Source of the DNA: a virus
Taxonomy: Duplodnaviria; Caudoviricetes
DNA length: 61,871 bases
Virus record (IMG/VR): IMGVR_UViG_3300042465_001631
Location: 1-61,871 of that record
Reading direction: 5' to 3' (one strand)
Position 1 is the first letter of the stretch, and every line of letters begins with the position of its first letter. Positions 41,287-50,310 of the stretch are shown in pieces. Made by a program: the position numbers and the translations under genes. A model generated the notes under the pieces. The model saw only the letters and a program-made list of their open reading frames with translations. It did no database searches and was not told where the DNA came from.

Positions 41287-41707
41287 ATAGTCGTCTTCTT
41301 GTTAAACCTAGTACTTCTTTTTTATTTACTTTGTTCCACTTCTTGAACTCTAATGCTATTAACGTGTCATTAGGATCTTTATTTACTTTTTTCAATAATG
41401 TACTATTCATAAATGCTGCAATTCCAATATTATATGTTAGACTTGTCAGTGCATTTATTTGATTTTGATTTACATCTTTTTTTAATTGTTTTTCTACAGC
41501 TAAGCAAAATCTATCGGCAATTAGTTTGAACATTTCAAACGCCTCGTCTTTAGTTACTGGCTTATCTAGTAATGTAACTCTTTTCCCGTTAGGATAATAA
41601 GTGTTTCCGTATCCAATCGTAGGGATTTTTGCGGAACATAGGTAAGGTTTTGCACTAAATCCTTCAAATTCTGTAATAAGTTTGTATCCTTTTTCGTTTA
41701 ATTTCAT
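41261..41707 (-). CDS. Endolysin, GH24 lysozyme
   Basis: FEG...Y.C...PTIGYG; SLTYNIG; GLTRRR. Confidence 0.9.
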   Translation of the reverse strand: MKLNEKGYKLITEFEGFSAKPYLCSAKIPTIGYGNTYYPNGKRVTLLDKPVTKDEAFEMFKLIADRFCLAVEKQLKKDVNQNQINALTSLTYNIGIAAFMNSTLLKKVNKDPNDTLIALEFKKWNKVNKKEVLGLTRRRLYESIIYFS

Positions 41708-41937
41708 TTGAACGCTTTAAATAGTAGTGTTATTAGTGCTCCGAATAGTATTACGAATGCTACCTTGAATTGATTAACATATACAGATATTTCATTCTTA
41801 AACTTCTCAAGGTCTCCAACCCTATCGTCTATCTCTTTTACTTGATGGACCATTCCTTTAAAGTCATTAAACTCATTACCTAATAATGCTTGTTTAATTT
41901 CCTTTATATCTTTGCTTAATTGTTCAAGATTATCCAT
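41704..41937 (-). CDS. Holin/antiholin-like protein (coiled coil plus C-terminal TM)
   Basis: Lysis cluster, one TM. Confidence 0.5.
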   Translation of the reverse strand: MDNLEQLSKDIKEIKQALLGNEFNDFKGMVHQVKEIDDRVGDLEKFKNEISVYVNQFKVAFVILFGALITLLFKAFK

Positions 41938-42121
41938 TCTTCTTAGTTAATCGTTCAACAATATTCGTAGCTCCTTCTATTCCAATGTAAACAGTAGCTA
42001 TAATAACCCAGTCAGAAGAAGTAAGACTTCCTGAGAATAATCCACCACAAGCCGTTAGAAATACTAATAGCTTGCGTGAAATCCACTTACTTAAAATTAT
42101 ATCTATCTGTTCTTTACTCAT
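41930..42121 (-). CDS. Holin-like protein
   Basis: SRKLLV motif, two short hydrophobic segments. Confidence 0.55.
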   Translation of the reverse strand: MSKEQIDIILSKWISRKLLVFLTACGGLFSGSLTSSDWVIIATVYIGIEGATNIVERLTKKNG

Positions 42122-42122
42122 C

Positions 42123-42389
42123 TTACCAAAGTGCTACTACTTTTTCAACAGCATCTACACTTATTATTTCTATAACGCTAAATGGAAGTACAGCACCTTG
42201 AATAGGATTATAAAAAGTAACTATATCTCCAGATATATTTTTTACTGTAATAGTAGATTCTGGAACAGATGAGCCAATATATAAATTACATCCACCATTT
42301 ATTCCTCCAGATACAGACTCTATAATTAATGGGAGAGTATTTAAATCTAATTCAACACCTCTAAGGTACTGTGTTTTTATTACGTTCAT
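42123..42389 (-). CDS. Small beta-rich structural protein
   Basis: LYIG...V.F.N...G.VLP pattern. Confidence 0.5.
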   Translation of the reverse strand: MNVIKTQYLRGVELDLNTLPLIIESVSGGINGGCNLYIGSSVPESTITVKNISGDIVTFYNPIQGAVLPFSVIEIISVDAVEKVVALW

Positions 42390-42541
42390 AGTATTTTGTT
42401 TATTAACAAGTTAGGATTATTAAGTTTAGCCTTACGAGCAGCACATCCACAGTCCTTGCCAGTTTTTTTAGCAATCTTATCTACTACAGACTTTATACCT
42501 GTAGCGGTAGTTACCTTCTCTATTGCGTTACCTAATAACAT
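42386..42541 (-). CDS. Small protein with DCGC motif (51 aa, not in ORF track)
   Basis: MLLGNAIEKVTTATGIKSVV...GKDCGCAARKAKLN; ATGA coupling. Confidence 0.55.
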   Translation of the reverse strand: MLLGNAIEKVTTATGIKSVVDKIAKKTGKDCGCAARKAKLNNPNLLINKIL

Positions 42542-42560
42542 TATTTCTTTTTTTCATAGT

Positions 42561-43109
42561 TTAACAAGTTTTACAAGATGTGTCTTTATTTTTATTATTT
42601 AGTAATGATCCACCACTATTACTGCTCTTTGCTTTTTCAGAATTTATATTTGCTCTTTCTTGGATTCTTTTTCTATATTGATCAAAAGACTCGTCAGAAG
42701 TTTTGTTTTTATTATAATCTGATATTTTATTCTCTATAACCTTCTCTTTCTTAGATTTAGGAGTAAACTTATCCTCCTTCTTCATTAAAGGAGCCGAAAT
42801 TTCTTGCTTCTTTTCTTCAGCTGCTTTAGGAATAGGTGCAGATGTAATCTCTCTTGATCCAGAAGTTGCTGTCTTAGAAGATTTTGCCTTAGATCCTACA
42901 GATGATATTGAAGGTGAAGCATTTGTTCTTTTAGCTGAAGTATTAGTTGACGTATCGCTCCAAGATTGTCTGTAAGTTACAGCCCCAGTATCTGGATCTG
43001 TAGTTTGAGTTCTTTTTATAATCGGATCCGACTTAGTACCAGCCTCCTGAGCTAATCTTTTAGCAGCAATTGCTACTAAGGCAGAATTTTTCATTGGAAT
43101 ATTGTCCAT
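42561..43109 (-). CDS. Low-complexity basic hypothetical protein
   Basis: Ser/Lys-rich ORF. Confidence 0.55.
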   Translation of the reverse strand: MDNIPMKNSALVAIAAKRLAQEAGTKSDPIIKRTQTTDPDTGAVTYRQSWSDTSTNTSAKRTNASPSISSVGSKAKSSKTATSGSREITSAPIPKAAEEKKQEISAPLMKKEDKFTPKSKKEKVIENKISDYNKNKTSDESFDQYRKRIQERANINSEKAKSSNSGGSLLNNKNKDTSCKTC

Positions 43110-43249
43110 TACTTCTTCTTTTTAGTTTTACCAGCAACACTTAAAGCGATTGCTACTGCTTGCTTAACTTTCATTGCTGGATGTTTTTTCATCTCAGTTC
43201 TAATATTTGAACTAATTGTTTTTGAATTATTTTCCCTTTTTAACGGCAT
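43109..43249 (-). CDS. Small basic protein (46 aa, not in ORF track)
   Basis: MPLK...ISSNIRTE...KQAVAIAL. Confidence 0.55.
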   Translation of the reverse strand: MPLKRENNSKTISSNIRTEMKKHPAMKVKQAVAIALSVAGKTKKKK

Positions 43250-43362
43250 TTCCTTGTTTTTTAACGTTACCCTTTAAATAAGACATCTTTCCATCTAAAG
43301 ATTTCTTTGAATCCCATTTTTTAGTTAATTCTAGTATCTTTTTCGTTGGCATTTTTTATTTG

Positions 43363-43376
43363 CAAAGATAGTAAAT
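43363..43376 (-). promoter_or_regulatory. -7 promoter element ATTTACTATCTTTG
   Basis: Repeated extended motif. Confidence 0.55.
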
Positions 43377-45262
43377 TATAATTTTACTATAGTTAGTATT
43401 CTATTATTTAATATACATCTACCAACATCGGTTCTCCAATTTATACTAATAGGTTGTGTACCATCAACAGTTGTAACACAAGTTAAAGCTACATCTTCTG
43501 TATACGTGTAGTATCTTCTTAATCTACTGGAGTTTGGAACCATTGTATTCCCATTATATATACTAAACATATTAGTACTACCTAATTGTTGAGTATCATC
43601 ATAAGCATTTCCATTAAATATACTTGTTGCAAATATAGTAACATTTCCAAAATTAGTACCCATATCTCCTGTTATTACTGCTAAAGCTGTATTTGCAACA
43701 TTACCTTGATTTGTAAAGCAAAGGAAGTTTTCCAATATACCCATATTGATAACACTTATTGCAGTTGGTTTAGATTGTATTCCTGAGCTAAATGCTAAAG
43801 CACCACTTGTAGAAAACAATCTACCATTAAAAATACAATTTGCACCTAAAGCAGCAGCTGCTCCATAAGCAATAAAGTTTCCACTAACAACATTATCTGC
43901 ACCAATTCCTACAGCTCCAATAGCCATAAAAAATACATTAGCAGCATTAGCACTATTACTCAATTGAATAGTGGTTGCAATTGCTGTGTTTATAGCTCCT
44001 GTTACTCTAAATATAAATAAAGCATTTGGATCACCTCCACCATCAAGCGTTAGTGTTCCAGCAACTGACATAGCTCCTGAAACTGTATAAACTCCAGCTG
44101 TAATAGTTTCTCCTGAACCAAAAGTTAATCCATGAGTTCCTGTAGCTGGTGTATTTAATAGTGCTAGATACATATTCTGTAAATCTAGTGTAGCTATTGT
44201 ACAAACATTTCCAGGTATTACATCATAGTTTCCATTAAAATCTACTTTATAAGTTCCTGCAGGGGGAGTTATAGTCATACCTGTTACTACTACATCTGTT
44301 AAAGAAGTTGTTGATACTTCTTCTGATGCATTTATAGAGTTATAATATCCACCACTAACTGTAACTACATTCCCATTTGCATCAACTCCTATTGCTTGTC
44401 CTGTTGATGTTGGAGAAGAACTTGTTAGTCTTTCAAGTCTTAGACCAGAATCATTAGCAGCTTCACCATATATATGAAGTCTTTTTGTTGGCGCTATTGT
44501 TCCTATACCTATCTTACCTACATTGTCTATATAAAGTCTTGTAGTTGATGACGTCCTTAAATGTAAAAAATTCTGATTACCCCCATAAAACATAGTTGAA
44601 CCTGATAATTCAGCTACATATACATCGCCAATAGTTATTGAATTATTTGCAGGAACAAGATTAATACCTAATAATCCTGTTGCATCAGCAGCTCTTATGC
44701 TTCCTATTACATGCAAAGGTACTTGTGGACTTGTTGTGAGTATTCCTAATCTATTATTTGTGTCATTCCAAAAGAAATTAGGATTATCTTGCGCAATTGT
44801 TGTTCCATTTGAGAATAATACAGATCCAGATGTTAATGGACCTATAACTGCTCCTGGACCTTGTGGACCTATTGGACCTTGTTCTCCAGCTGGACCTACA
44901 GCACCTTGTAATGCAAGTAATGCCCAATGTGTTGGATCTAAGTAAGGCTCTATAGTTCCATCAGTAGCTAATATACAGAAATAAGAACCATTATTATTAC
45001 CAACAGCATCATCCTCTATATAAGAAGTTCCTGATTCCCATTCTCCTCTCCATTCTAATCCTGCTGGACCAACTGCACCTGGTGCTCCTGTTAATCCTAT
45101 CTCTCCCTGTGGACCAATAGGTCCCTGTTCTCCAGGACCTACAAATTCTGCAATATCCTCTATGGTAAAAGGCTCTGTTGTTTTGTTCAACACAGCAGAC
45201 TTTCTTTCTACTAAGTCAACCGATGTCGCTATTCCTATAAATCTTGTACCATTTGGTATCAT
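43376..45262 (-). CDS. Collagen-repeat fibre protein with inserted DUF3494 (ice-binding-type) domain
   Basis: G-X-Y repeats, NRLGI / GKIGIGT..P fibre repeats, ITAGVY...LTLDGGGDPNALFIFRV...NAANVFF. Confidence 0.75.
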   Translation of the reverse strand: MIPNGTRFIGIATSVDLVERKSAVLNKTTEPFTIEDIAEFVGPGEQGPIGPQGEIGLTGAPGAVGPAGLEWRGEWESGTSYIEDDAVGNNNGSYFCILATDGTIEPYLDPTHWALLALQGAVGPAGEQGPIGPQGPGAVIGPLTSGSVLFSNGTTIAQDNPNFFWNDTNNRLGILTTSPQVPLHVIGSIRAADATGLLGINLVPANNSITIGDVYVAELSGSTMFYGGNQNFLHLRTSSTTRLYIDNVGKIGIGTIAPTKRLHIYGEAANDSGLRLERLTSSSPTSTGQAIGVDANGNVVTVSGGYYNSINASEEVSTTSLTDVVVTGMTITPPAGTYKVDFNGNYDVIPGNVCTIATLDLQNMYLALLNTPATGTHGLTFGSGETITAGVYTVSGAMSVAGTLTLDGGGDPNALFIFRVTGAINTAIATTIQLSNSANAANVFFMAIGAVGIGADNVVSGNFIAYGAAAALGANCIFNGRLFSTSGALAFSSGIQSKPTAISVINMGILENFLCFTNQGNVANTALAVITGDMGTNFGNVTIFATSIFNGNAYDDTQQLGSTNMFSIYNGNTMVPNSSRLRRYYTYTEDVALTCVTTVDGTQPISINWRTDVGRCILNNRILTIVKL

Positions 45263-45273
45263 ATCGGTAAATG

Positions 45274-45295
45274 TTATATCTTTGCAAAGATATAA
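45274..45295. promoter_or_regulatory. Perfect 22-bp palindrome with TATCTTTG on both strands (divergent promoter pair)
   Basis: TTATATCTTTGCAAAGATATAA between divergent genes. Confidence 0.65.
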
Positions 45296-45306
45296 AATAT
45301 AATCTA

Positions 45307-45873
45307 ATGGAATTTAAACCAAAATTACGTAAAAACTACGACAGATACGAACCAAAGTACGACTACTTGAAATATTACAAGGTAGTTCGGTACTGGGTAA
45401 AGCGAAAGTATGGTGTCGGAACATCTGACCTTGAGATGCTGTGCTTCTTGTACACTCAAAAACTATTCAAGCGTGCAGACTTTAAAGAATACGAGTGCCT
45501 ATTCGCATGGGATGTGAATCGATTCCAAAGACTTATGGATGAGGGGTGGATCTCTCGTTGGCGTGAACGCAAAGGAACAGAGGGTGCTTTATATGAACTA
45601 TCACAGAAGGGTAAGCTGTTGATTACTACCGTGTACAGAAAGCTAAATGGAGAGGAGCCTATATCTGAGGCTCAACAGAACAATCCACTATTCAATACAA
45701 ACGTGTCATATACTGACAATATGTACAAGAGAATTATAAAGACAATGAATATAAACTATGCCGAAAAAAGAAGGCTGAAGAAGATAGACGAAATCGCCTT
45801 TCAAAAACAGCCTTGTACAATTGAAAAAAGGAAAGCTATAGGACTACCACCACATCCCTTTCTTGAATTATAG
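45307..45873 (+). CDS. Winged-helix (MarR-like) DNA-binding protein; only + strand gene in the late arm
   Basis: DLEMLCFLY...FQRLMDEGWISRW...LYELSQKGK; start moved to ATG 45307, downstream of the promoter. Confidence 0.6.
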   Translation: MEFKPKLRKNYDRYEPKYDYLKYYKVVRYWVKRKYGVGTSDLEMLCFLYTQKLFKRADFKEYECLFAWDVNRFQRLMDEGWISRWRERKGTEGALYELSQKGKLLITTVYRKLNGEEPISEAQQNNPLFNTNVSYTDNMYKRIIKTMNINYAEKRRLKKIDEIAFQKQPCTIEKRKAIGLPPHPFLEL

Positions 45874-46102
45874 TATAGGGTATATTCTCTATTAACATAG
45901 TATATCCAGCTCCTTTATCGTAGTAGATATAATTTCCCTCGTTAACGCAGTCTACATTCGTGCCTGGCTTTACTACTAGCCCCTTCTTGTATCTAAACTT
46001 CTCAGCATCACTACCCGTAAGTAGTAACCCTGATTCTGTTTTTATCTGTTCATCAATCGTTGTGATTAAAATGTATTTATTTATTGGAATTGCTGTCATC
46101 AT
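45836..46102 (-). CDS. groES: Co-chaperonin GroES
   Basis: KTESGLLL mobile loop, G.VV..G, ERDVV; adjacent to GroEL. Confidence 0.8.
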   Translation of the reverse strand: MMTAIPINKYILITTIDEQIKTESGLLLTGSDAEKFRYKKGLVVKPGTNVDCVNEGNYIYYDKGAGYTMLIENIPYTIIQERDVVVVL

Positions 46103-48681
46103 TACGCTCGTGTCATTGTTATAATTGCATTTGTACTTAATATCGTAGTGGCTACACTCACCGCATTCTTCAGTGCGTTCTTCGTAACCTTCAGTGGATC
46201 AATTACACCCATCTTGAACATATCACCATATACCTCATTCTTAACATCATACCCTTGATCCTTACCAAATGGAACCTCCATCACCTCATAACCATCCAAC
46301 CCAGCATTGGTCATGATCTGTAGCAATGGTGCTTGTATAGCCCTTGCTATAATATGCATCGCTGCGTACTGGTTAGCACTAATGTCATCAATCGTGTCAT
46401 CTGCGTTAGCGATAATCGTGTAAGACTCACTGAATAAGGCTAAACCTCCTCCTGGCAAGATACCTTCCTCTAATGCAGAACGTACAGCACATACTGCGTC
46501 ATCAACTCTGTCTTTACGTTCTTTCTGCTCAAGGTCTGAGTTACCTCCTACGTAAATTACACCAATACCTCCTGTCAAGCTAGCAATACGCTGTTTGATA
46601 AAGTCCTTGTCTGACTTTCTATTTGATAGGTTATAGCTATCCCAAAGCTGAGAAACTCTATCGTTGATCTCGTCGCTTGCAACCTCTGACCTTACAATCA
46701 CAGTGTTGTCTCTTCCTACAATGATCTTGTCTGCTCTACCAAGGTCGTCAACGCTAATAAGGCTCAAGTCATCTCCAGTGCTCTCTGAGAAATACTTAGC
46801 TCCTACAGCCAGTGCAATGTCACCCATCAACTCGTTACGTTTATAACCAAACTGAGGAGGTATAATGTTGCATAACCTCAATCCCTTCTGTACTACGTTG
46901 GCAGCCAATGTGTTAATAACATTCTGACTACACGTACCGATGATCAATAGCTTCTTCTGTTGCTGTATAACTGGCATAAGTACCTTCTCAATTGACAAGA
47001 TATTATTTATCTCTTGATCCGTAACAAGTACCAGTACATCATCCATAATGCACTCGTCTTTCTTATGGTTGTTGATGAACATGTTCGATGTATATCCTCT
47101 ATCAATCTTAATACCATTGGTAACCTGCGTATACGTCTCTGATGTCTGAGAGTCCTCGATAGTGACAATACCATCCTTACCAACCTTCTCGTATGTGCTC
47201 GCTATAATACCGCCAAGCTCCGTGTCATTGTTGGCTGAGATTGATGCCACGTTCTTCAGCGTCTTTCCGCTAACCTTCTTGGACCTCTTCTCCAGACTAG
47301 TTACCAACCTATCAGTTACGTCGTTCATGTGTCTAATAACCTCTGTGATGTTGTGCTTGTCGTTCAAAATCTCTTGACCTTGCTTAACAATAGCCTCTGT
47401 AAGCACAATCGCTGTTGTGGTATTGTGAGTAGGAATATAATTATCTGTTATGTATAAGTGGTTTTCATTACTTACCTTTATACACATCATTTCTGTTCTA
47501 ATTCCAGTATTTACTACGTTTACTATTTTAGCTCCGTACTTATATCCAGATAATTGAGCTATTCTATGAATACTTTTATTTGAGTATGAATTAACATCAT
47601 TCTCTCTTGAATGTAATCTCCTGTTAAAAGAATGACCAAGACTAACGATTAATTCTTGAAAGTCGTCAGCTAATTTATCAGAAACCGTACTAAATTCAAA
47701 TAACCCTCTTTTATTAATATATCCGTCAGTAGCTAATAGTCCTTCTAATAATCTTTTTCTATCCTCTATTGGGGAATATAAATAAGTTTCTGGTATTAAT
47801 TTCGTATCGCTTTTTGTTCCAAGTAAACCTATTGAATTAACTAAATCAAACATAGTAAGTCCAGATTCAGTAACTCCTTTAAATTTTACTCTAAAATAAT
47901 TCTTATCATCACACCATCTAACTGATGTAGTTATTCCGTCTGGAATAATTATACTGCTAATTATATGTTCTTTATTTAATCCAAGAGATAACTCAATAGC
48001 TCCTGTTCCGCTTAAACTACCATCACCAAGAAGTACACCTACTAAAAATGGATCTAACGGCATAGGATTTACTTGAGTAAACTCAACTGGAGACGTTTCT
48101 ATAAAATATTTGTATGTATTTGAATTATCTTTATTTAAAGATGAAAAATCTTTCATTATATCTAAAGTAGTAATAGTTTTAGATACTCCGTAATTAGTTG
48201 TAACGGTCCATAAATGATTTTCAGAACACTCAACTAACCTTCCATCTCCAAATGAAACTTCGTATATGTCTAAATTTCCTTTAGGGAATACCCCTAAAAC
48301 AGTTTGACTAGTTTCGTGAGTTCCGCAAATAGTATCTCCAACACTTAAATCACTTATCTTAGTCCATCCAAATGGGGTTAAGACATTGGCATCTAATGGT
48401 TGTGGTCCATCTCCTGCACTAGTCGCTGTGCGATCTGCCGCTTCCTTCATCATCTTAACTGCTAGGTTCTCTACTGGATCGATGAGGTAAATAGACTTGG
48501 CTACTGTTACCCCATCTTTCGTGACTGTAATTCCATGCGTGTGCTCTGGTGATTCAATCAAGACTGTCTTACCTCGTGGTCCGAGTGTGCTCTTAACTGC
48601 CTTGGCAATAGTGGTGATGCCATTAATTAACTTATCCCTTCCTTCTGTATCGAAGACTAAATCCTTTGGACTGTAACTCAT
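46102..48681 (-). CDS. groEL: Chaperonin GroEL containing an intein
   Basis: STLGPRG, VTKDGVTVAK, AGDG/TTT, KDRVDDA, PGGG, GVIDP; start set at MSYSPK, downstream of TATATTTG. Confidence 0.95.
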   Translation of the reverse strand: MSYSPKDLVFDTEGRDKLINGITTIAKAVKSTLGPRGKTVLIESPEHTHGITVTKDGVTVAKSIYLIDPVENLAVKMMKEAADRTATSAGDGPQPLDANVLTPFGWTKISDLSVGDTICGTHETSQTVLGVFPKGNLDIYEVSFGDGRLVECSENHLWTVTTNYGVSKTITTLDIMKDFSSLNKDNSNTYKYFIETSPVEFTQVNPMPLDPFLVGVLLGDGSLSGTGAIELSLGLNKEHIISSIIIPDGITTSVRWCDDKNYFRVKFKGVTESGLTMFDLVNSIGLLGTKSDTKLIPETYLYSPIEDRKRLLEGLLATDGYINKRGLFEFSTVSDKLADDFQELIVSLGHSFNRRLHSRENDVNSYSNKSIHRIAQLSGYKYGAKIVNVVNTGIRTEMMCIKVSNENHLYITDNYIPTHNTTTAIVLTEAIVKQGQEILNDKHNITEVIRHMNDVTDRLVTSLEKRSKKVSGKTLKNVASISANNDTELGGIIASTYEKVGKDGIVTIEDSQTSETYTQVTNGIKIDRGYTSNMFINNHKKDECIMDDVLVLVTDQEINNILSIEKVLMPVIQQQKKLLIIGTCSQNVINTLAANVVQKGLRLCNIIPPQFGYKRNELMGDIALAVGAKYFSESTGDDLSLISVDDLGRADKIIVGRDNTVIVRSEVASDEINDRVSQLWDSYNLSNRKSDKDFIKQRIASLTGGIGVIYVGGNSDLEQKERKDRVDDAVCAVRSALEEGILPGGGLALFSESYTIIANADDTIDDISANQYAAMHIIARAIQAPLLQIMTNAGLDGYEVMEVPFGKDQGYDVKNEVYGDMFKMGVIDPLKVTKNALKNAVSVATTILSTNAIITMTRA
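47422..48405 (-). mobile_element. 328 aa LAGLIDADG intein, class-3-type (Pro1, W-C-T triplet)
   Basis: PQPLDANVLTP start; CSENHLW; LVGVLLGDG and LLEGLLATDG; MMCIKV...IPTHN/T end. Confidence 0.9.
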
Positions 48682-48708
48682 TTTATTATATTTAATTGTT
48701 TTATGGGA

Positions 48709-48716
48709 CAAATATA
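48709..48716 (-). promoter_or_regulatory. -7 promoter element TATATTTG for groEL
   Basis: TAnnTTTG. Confidence 0.5.
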
Positions 48717-48840
48717 CAAAAAAAAACGCATATCACTTAAGACACACGTTTATCTGTTATACTTTACTCAAATATAACTTTCACCCAACTATAACATCAT
48801 GATGTCCAAAATCGTTGCTGCCTTGGCTGTCCACAACTAT

Positions 48841-48863
48841 TTCTTCATGATTATGTTATGATG
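48841..48863. repeat. 23-bp direct repeat, copy 1 (copy 2 at 49349-49371)
   Basis: TTCTTCATGATTATGTTATGATG flanks gene 48869-49342. Confidence 0.85.
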
Positions 48864-48868
48864 AACTA

Positions 48869-49342
48869 TTAGTTATATACTCTTATTTCAATTAACGTAT
48901 TATTTAGTATTCCATCTTTTTCTATACTATTATTATTAGTTATATCTACATCTACTGTAGTTAATACTAAATAATTAGTCTCTCCTTCATCAAGTATATT
49001 TGCATAAGTACAGTACGTATTAAGTCCTGATATTACTCCAATACTTACATTACCATTAGGATTAGGGCATACTGTTTTCCCTATTGTAAAAAAATTAATC
49101 CCATTAATTAAATATACTCCAATTCTATCGTATGTAAACCAAATATCCCCAATAGTGTTTTCTAATACAGTTGCCACTGGAGCATTTTCTCCGCTTTGTG
49201 TTAACAAAGCTGTATAAACCTTATAGCCCTTAATATCATCAAGAGTAAATGCCTCAGTCTGATCATTAACCAACTTGCTCCTTTTTTCAGTTAGATCTAC
49301 GCTAGGAGCAATGCCTATGAATCTAAACCCATTAGTAGCCAC
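48869..49342 (-). CDS. Short fibre/decoration-like protein
   Basis: N-terminus like 43376-45262, C-terminus like 37449-37904. Confidence 0.65.
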   Translation of the reverse strand: MATNGFRFIGIAPSVDLTEKRSKLVNDQTEAFTLDDIKGYKVYTALLTQSGENAPVATVLENTIGDIWFTYDRIGVYLINGINFFTIGKTVCPNPNGNVSIGVISGLNTYCTYANILDEGETNYLVLTTVDVDITNNNSIEKDGILNNTLIEIRVYN

Positions 49343-49521
49343 TACTTCTTCTTCATGATTATGTTATGATGCAATGGACCTTGCTTCATAGCATCTGCCA
49401 TAGCCATAGCATTTGCCATTCGCATCGTCTTTTTAACTTCCTTCTGAGCCTTAGCAGCCCGTACTATCTTTGTGATACCAATCGTCTGGTCTGGCATCGG
49501 GTTGTTTATGCAGTTCTTCAT
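49342..49521 (-). CDS. Hypothetical protein (59 aa, not in ORF track)
   Basis: MKNCINNPMPDQ...HHNIIMKKK. Confidence 0.5.
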   Translation of the reverse strand: MKNCINNPMPDQTIGITKIVRAAKAQKEVKKTMRMANAMAMADAMKQGPLHHNIIMKKK

Positions 49522-49523
49522 AG

Positions 49524-49910
49524 TTATTTGTTTTTATTTTTTTTATACCCATTTGCTGCGAAATCTTTAGATTCCTTTTCTGTTTTAAATGGACCATATC
49601 TTTCTCCTCTTGCTACGGCAGTATCTGCAAATGCAAAAGATTTTGAAGGACTTTCATACCAATCCTTTGGATCTTTAGAAGAAGTTCCCTTTCTATCTTT
49701 TGGATATATTGTAGGAGCTGCATAATATTTACCATCTGACTCATATGAAGCCATTTTATGCGTTGAAGTAGTATTATCAGAATTTTGTCTATACTCTCCA
49801 TTATTCCATCTTTTTACAATTACAGATTTTGGATCAACAAATCCAGGATTATTTGTAGAGGCTAATGGAGTATCTGCTCTTGATTGTTTTTTAATGTTTA
49901 ACCCTCTCAT
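49524..49910 (-). CDS. Hypothetical protein
   Basis: STHKMASYE motif; TAACTTTG at 49926-49933 favours start 49910. Confidence 0.6.
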   Translation of the reverse strand: MRGLNIKKQSRADTPLASTNNPGFVDPKSVIVKRWNNGEYRQNSDNTTSTHKMASYESDGKYYAAPTIYPKDRKGTSSKDPKDWYESPSKSFAFADTAVARGERYGPFKTEKESKDFAANGYKKNKNK

Positions 49911-50074
49911 ATCTATTTTTTTTTGCAAAGTTACAAATTTAATTCCATCTAATCATGATGCCAATAAATAACAAATACAGCTCAAACTCACTGTAAGGGA
50001 ACTCCTCATCTGGGTAGTTAAATGTAAATCCTATTAGTGGTCCGCTTGTAAATCCTAGTTCTATCTCCATGCGA

Positions 50075-50087
50075 CAAAGATAGTAAA
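50075..50087 (-). promoter_or_regulatory. -7 promoter element TTTACTATCTTTG near the head of the late arm
   Basis: TAnnTTTG 4 nt before an ATG at 50070. Confidence 0.5.
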
Positions 50088-50310
50088 AAAAAATTATTAT
50101 ATATCTGTAAGTATCGGGTTATACCCCTGATCTGCGTAAACCTTCCAGAAAAGAAACCCAACTATTTCGACCACCTGGGGTACCATTTCCAACATTTCCC
50201 CTCAAACTTTTGGCGTTTTTGTCCCACCACCTGCACGGACGGCAACAGTCATGACAAACATTGTCATCGGCAAAGATAAAGCCCACGTGTTATGCGGGCT
50301 TGCTTGGTTG

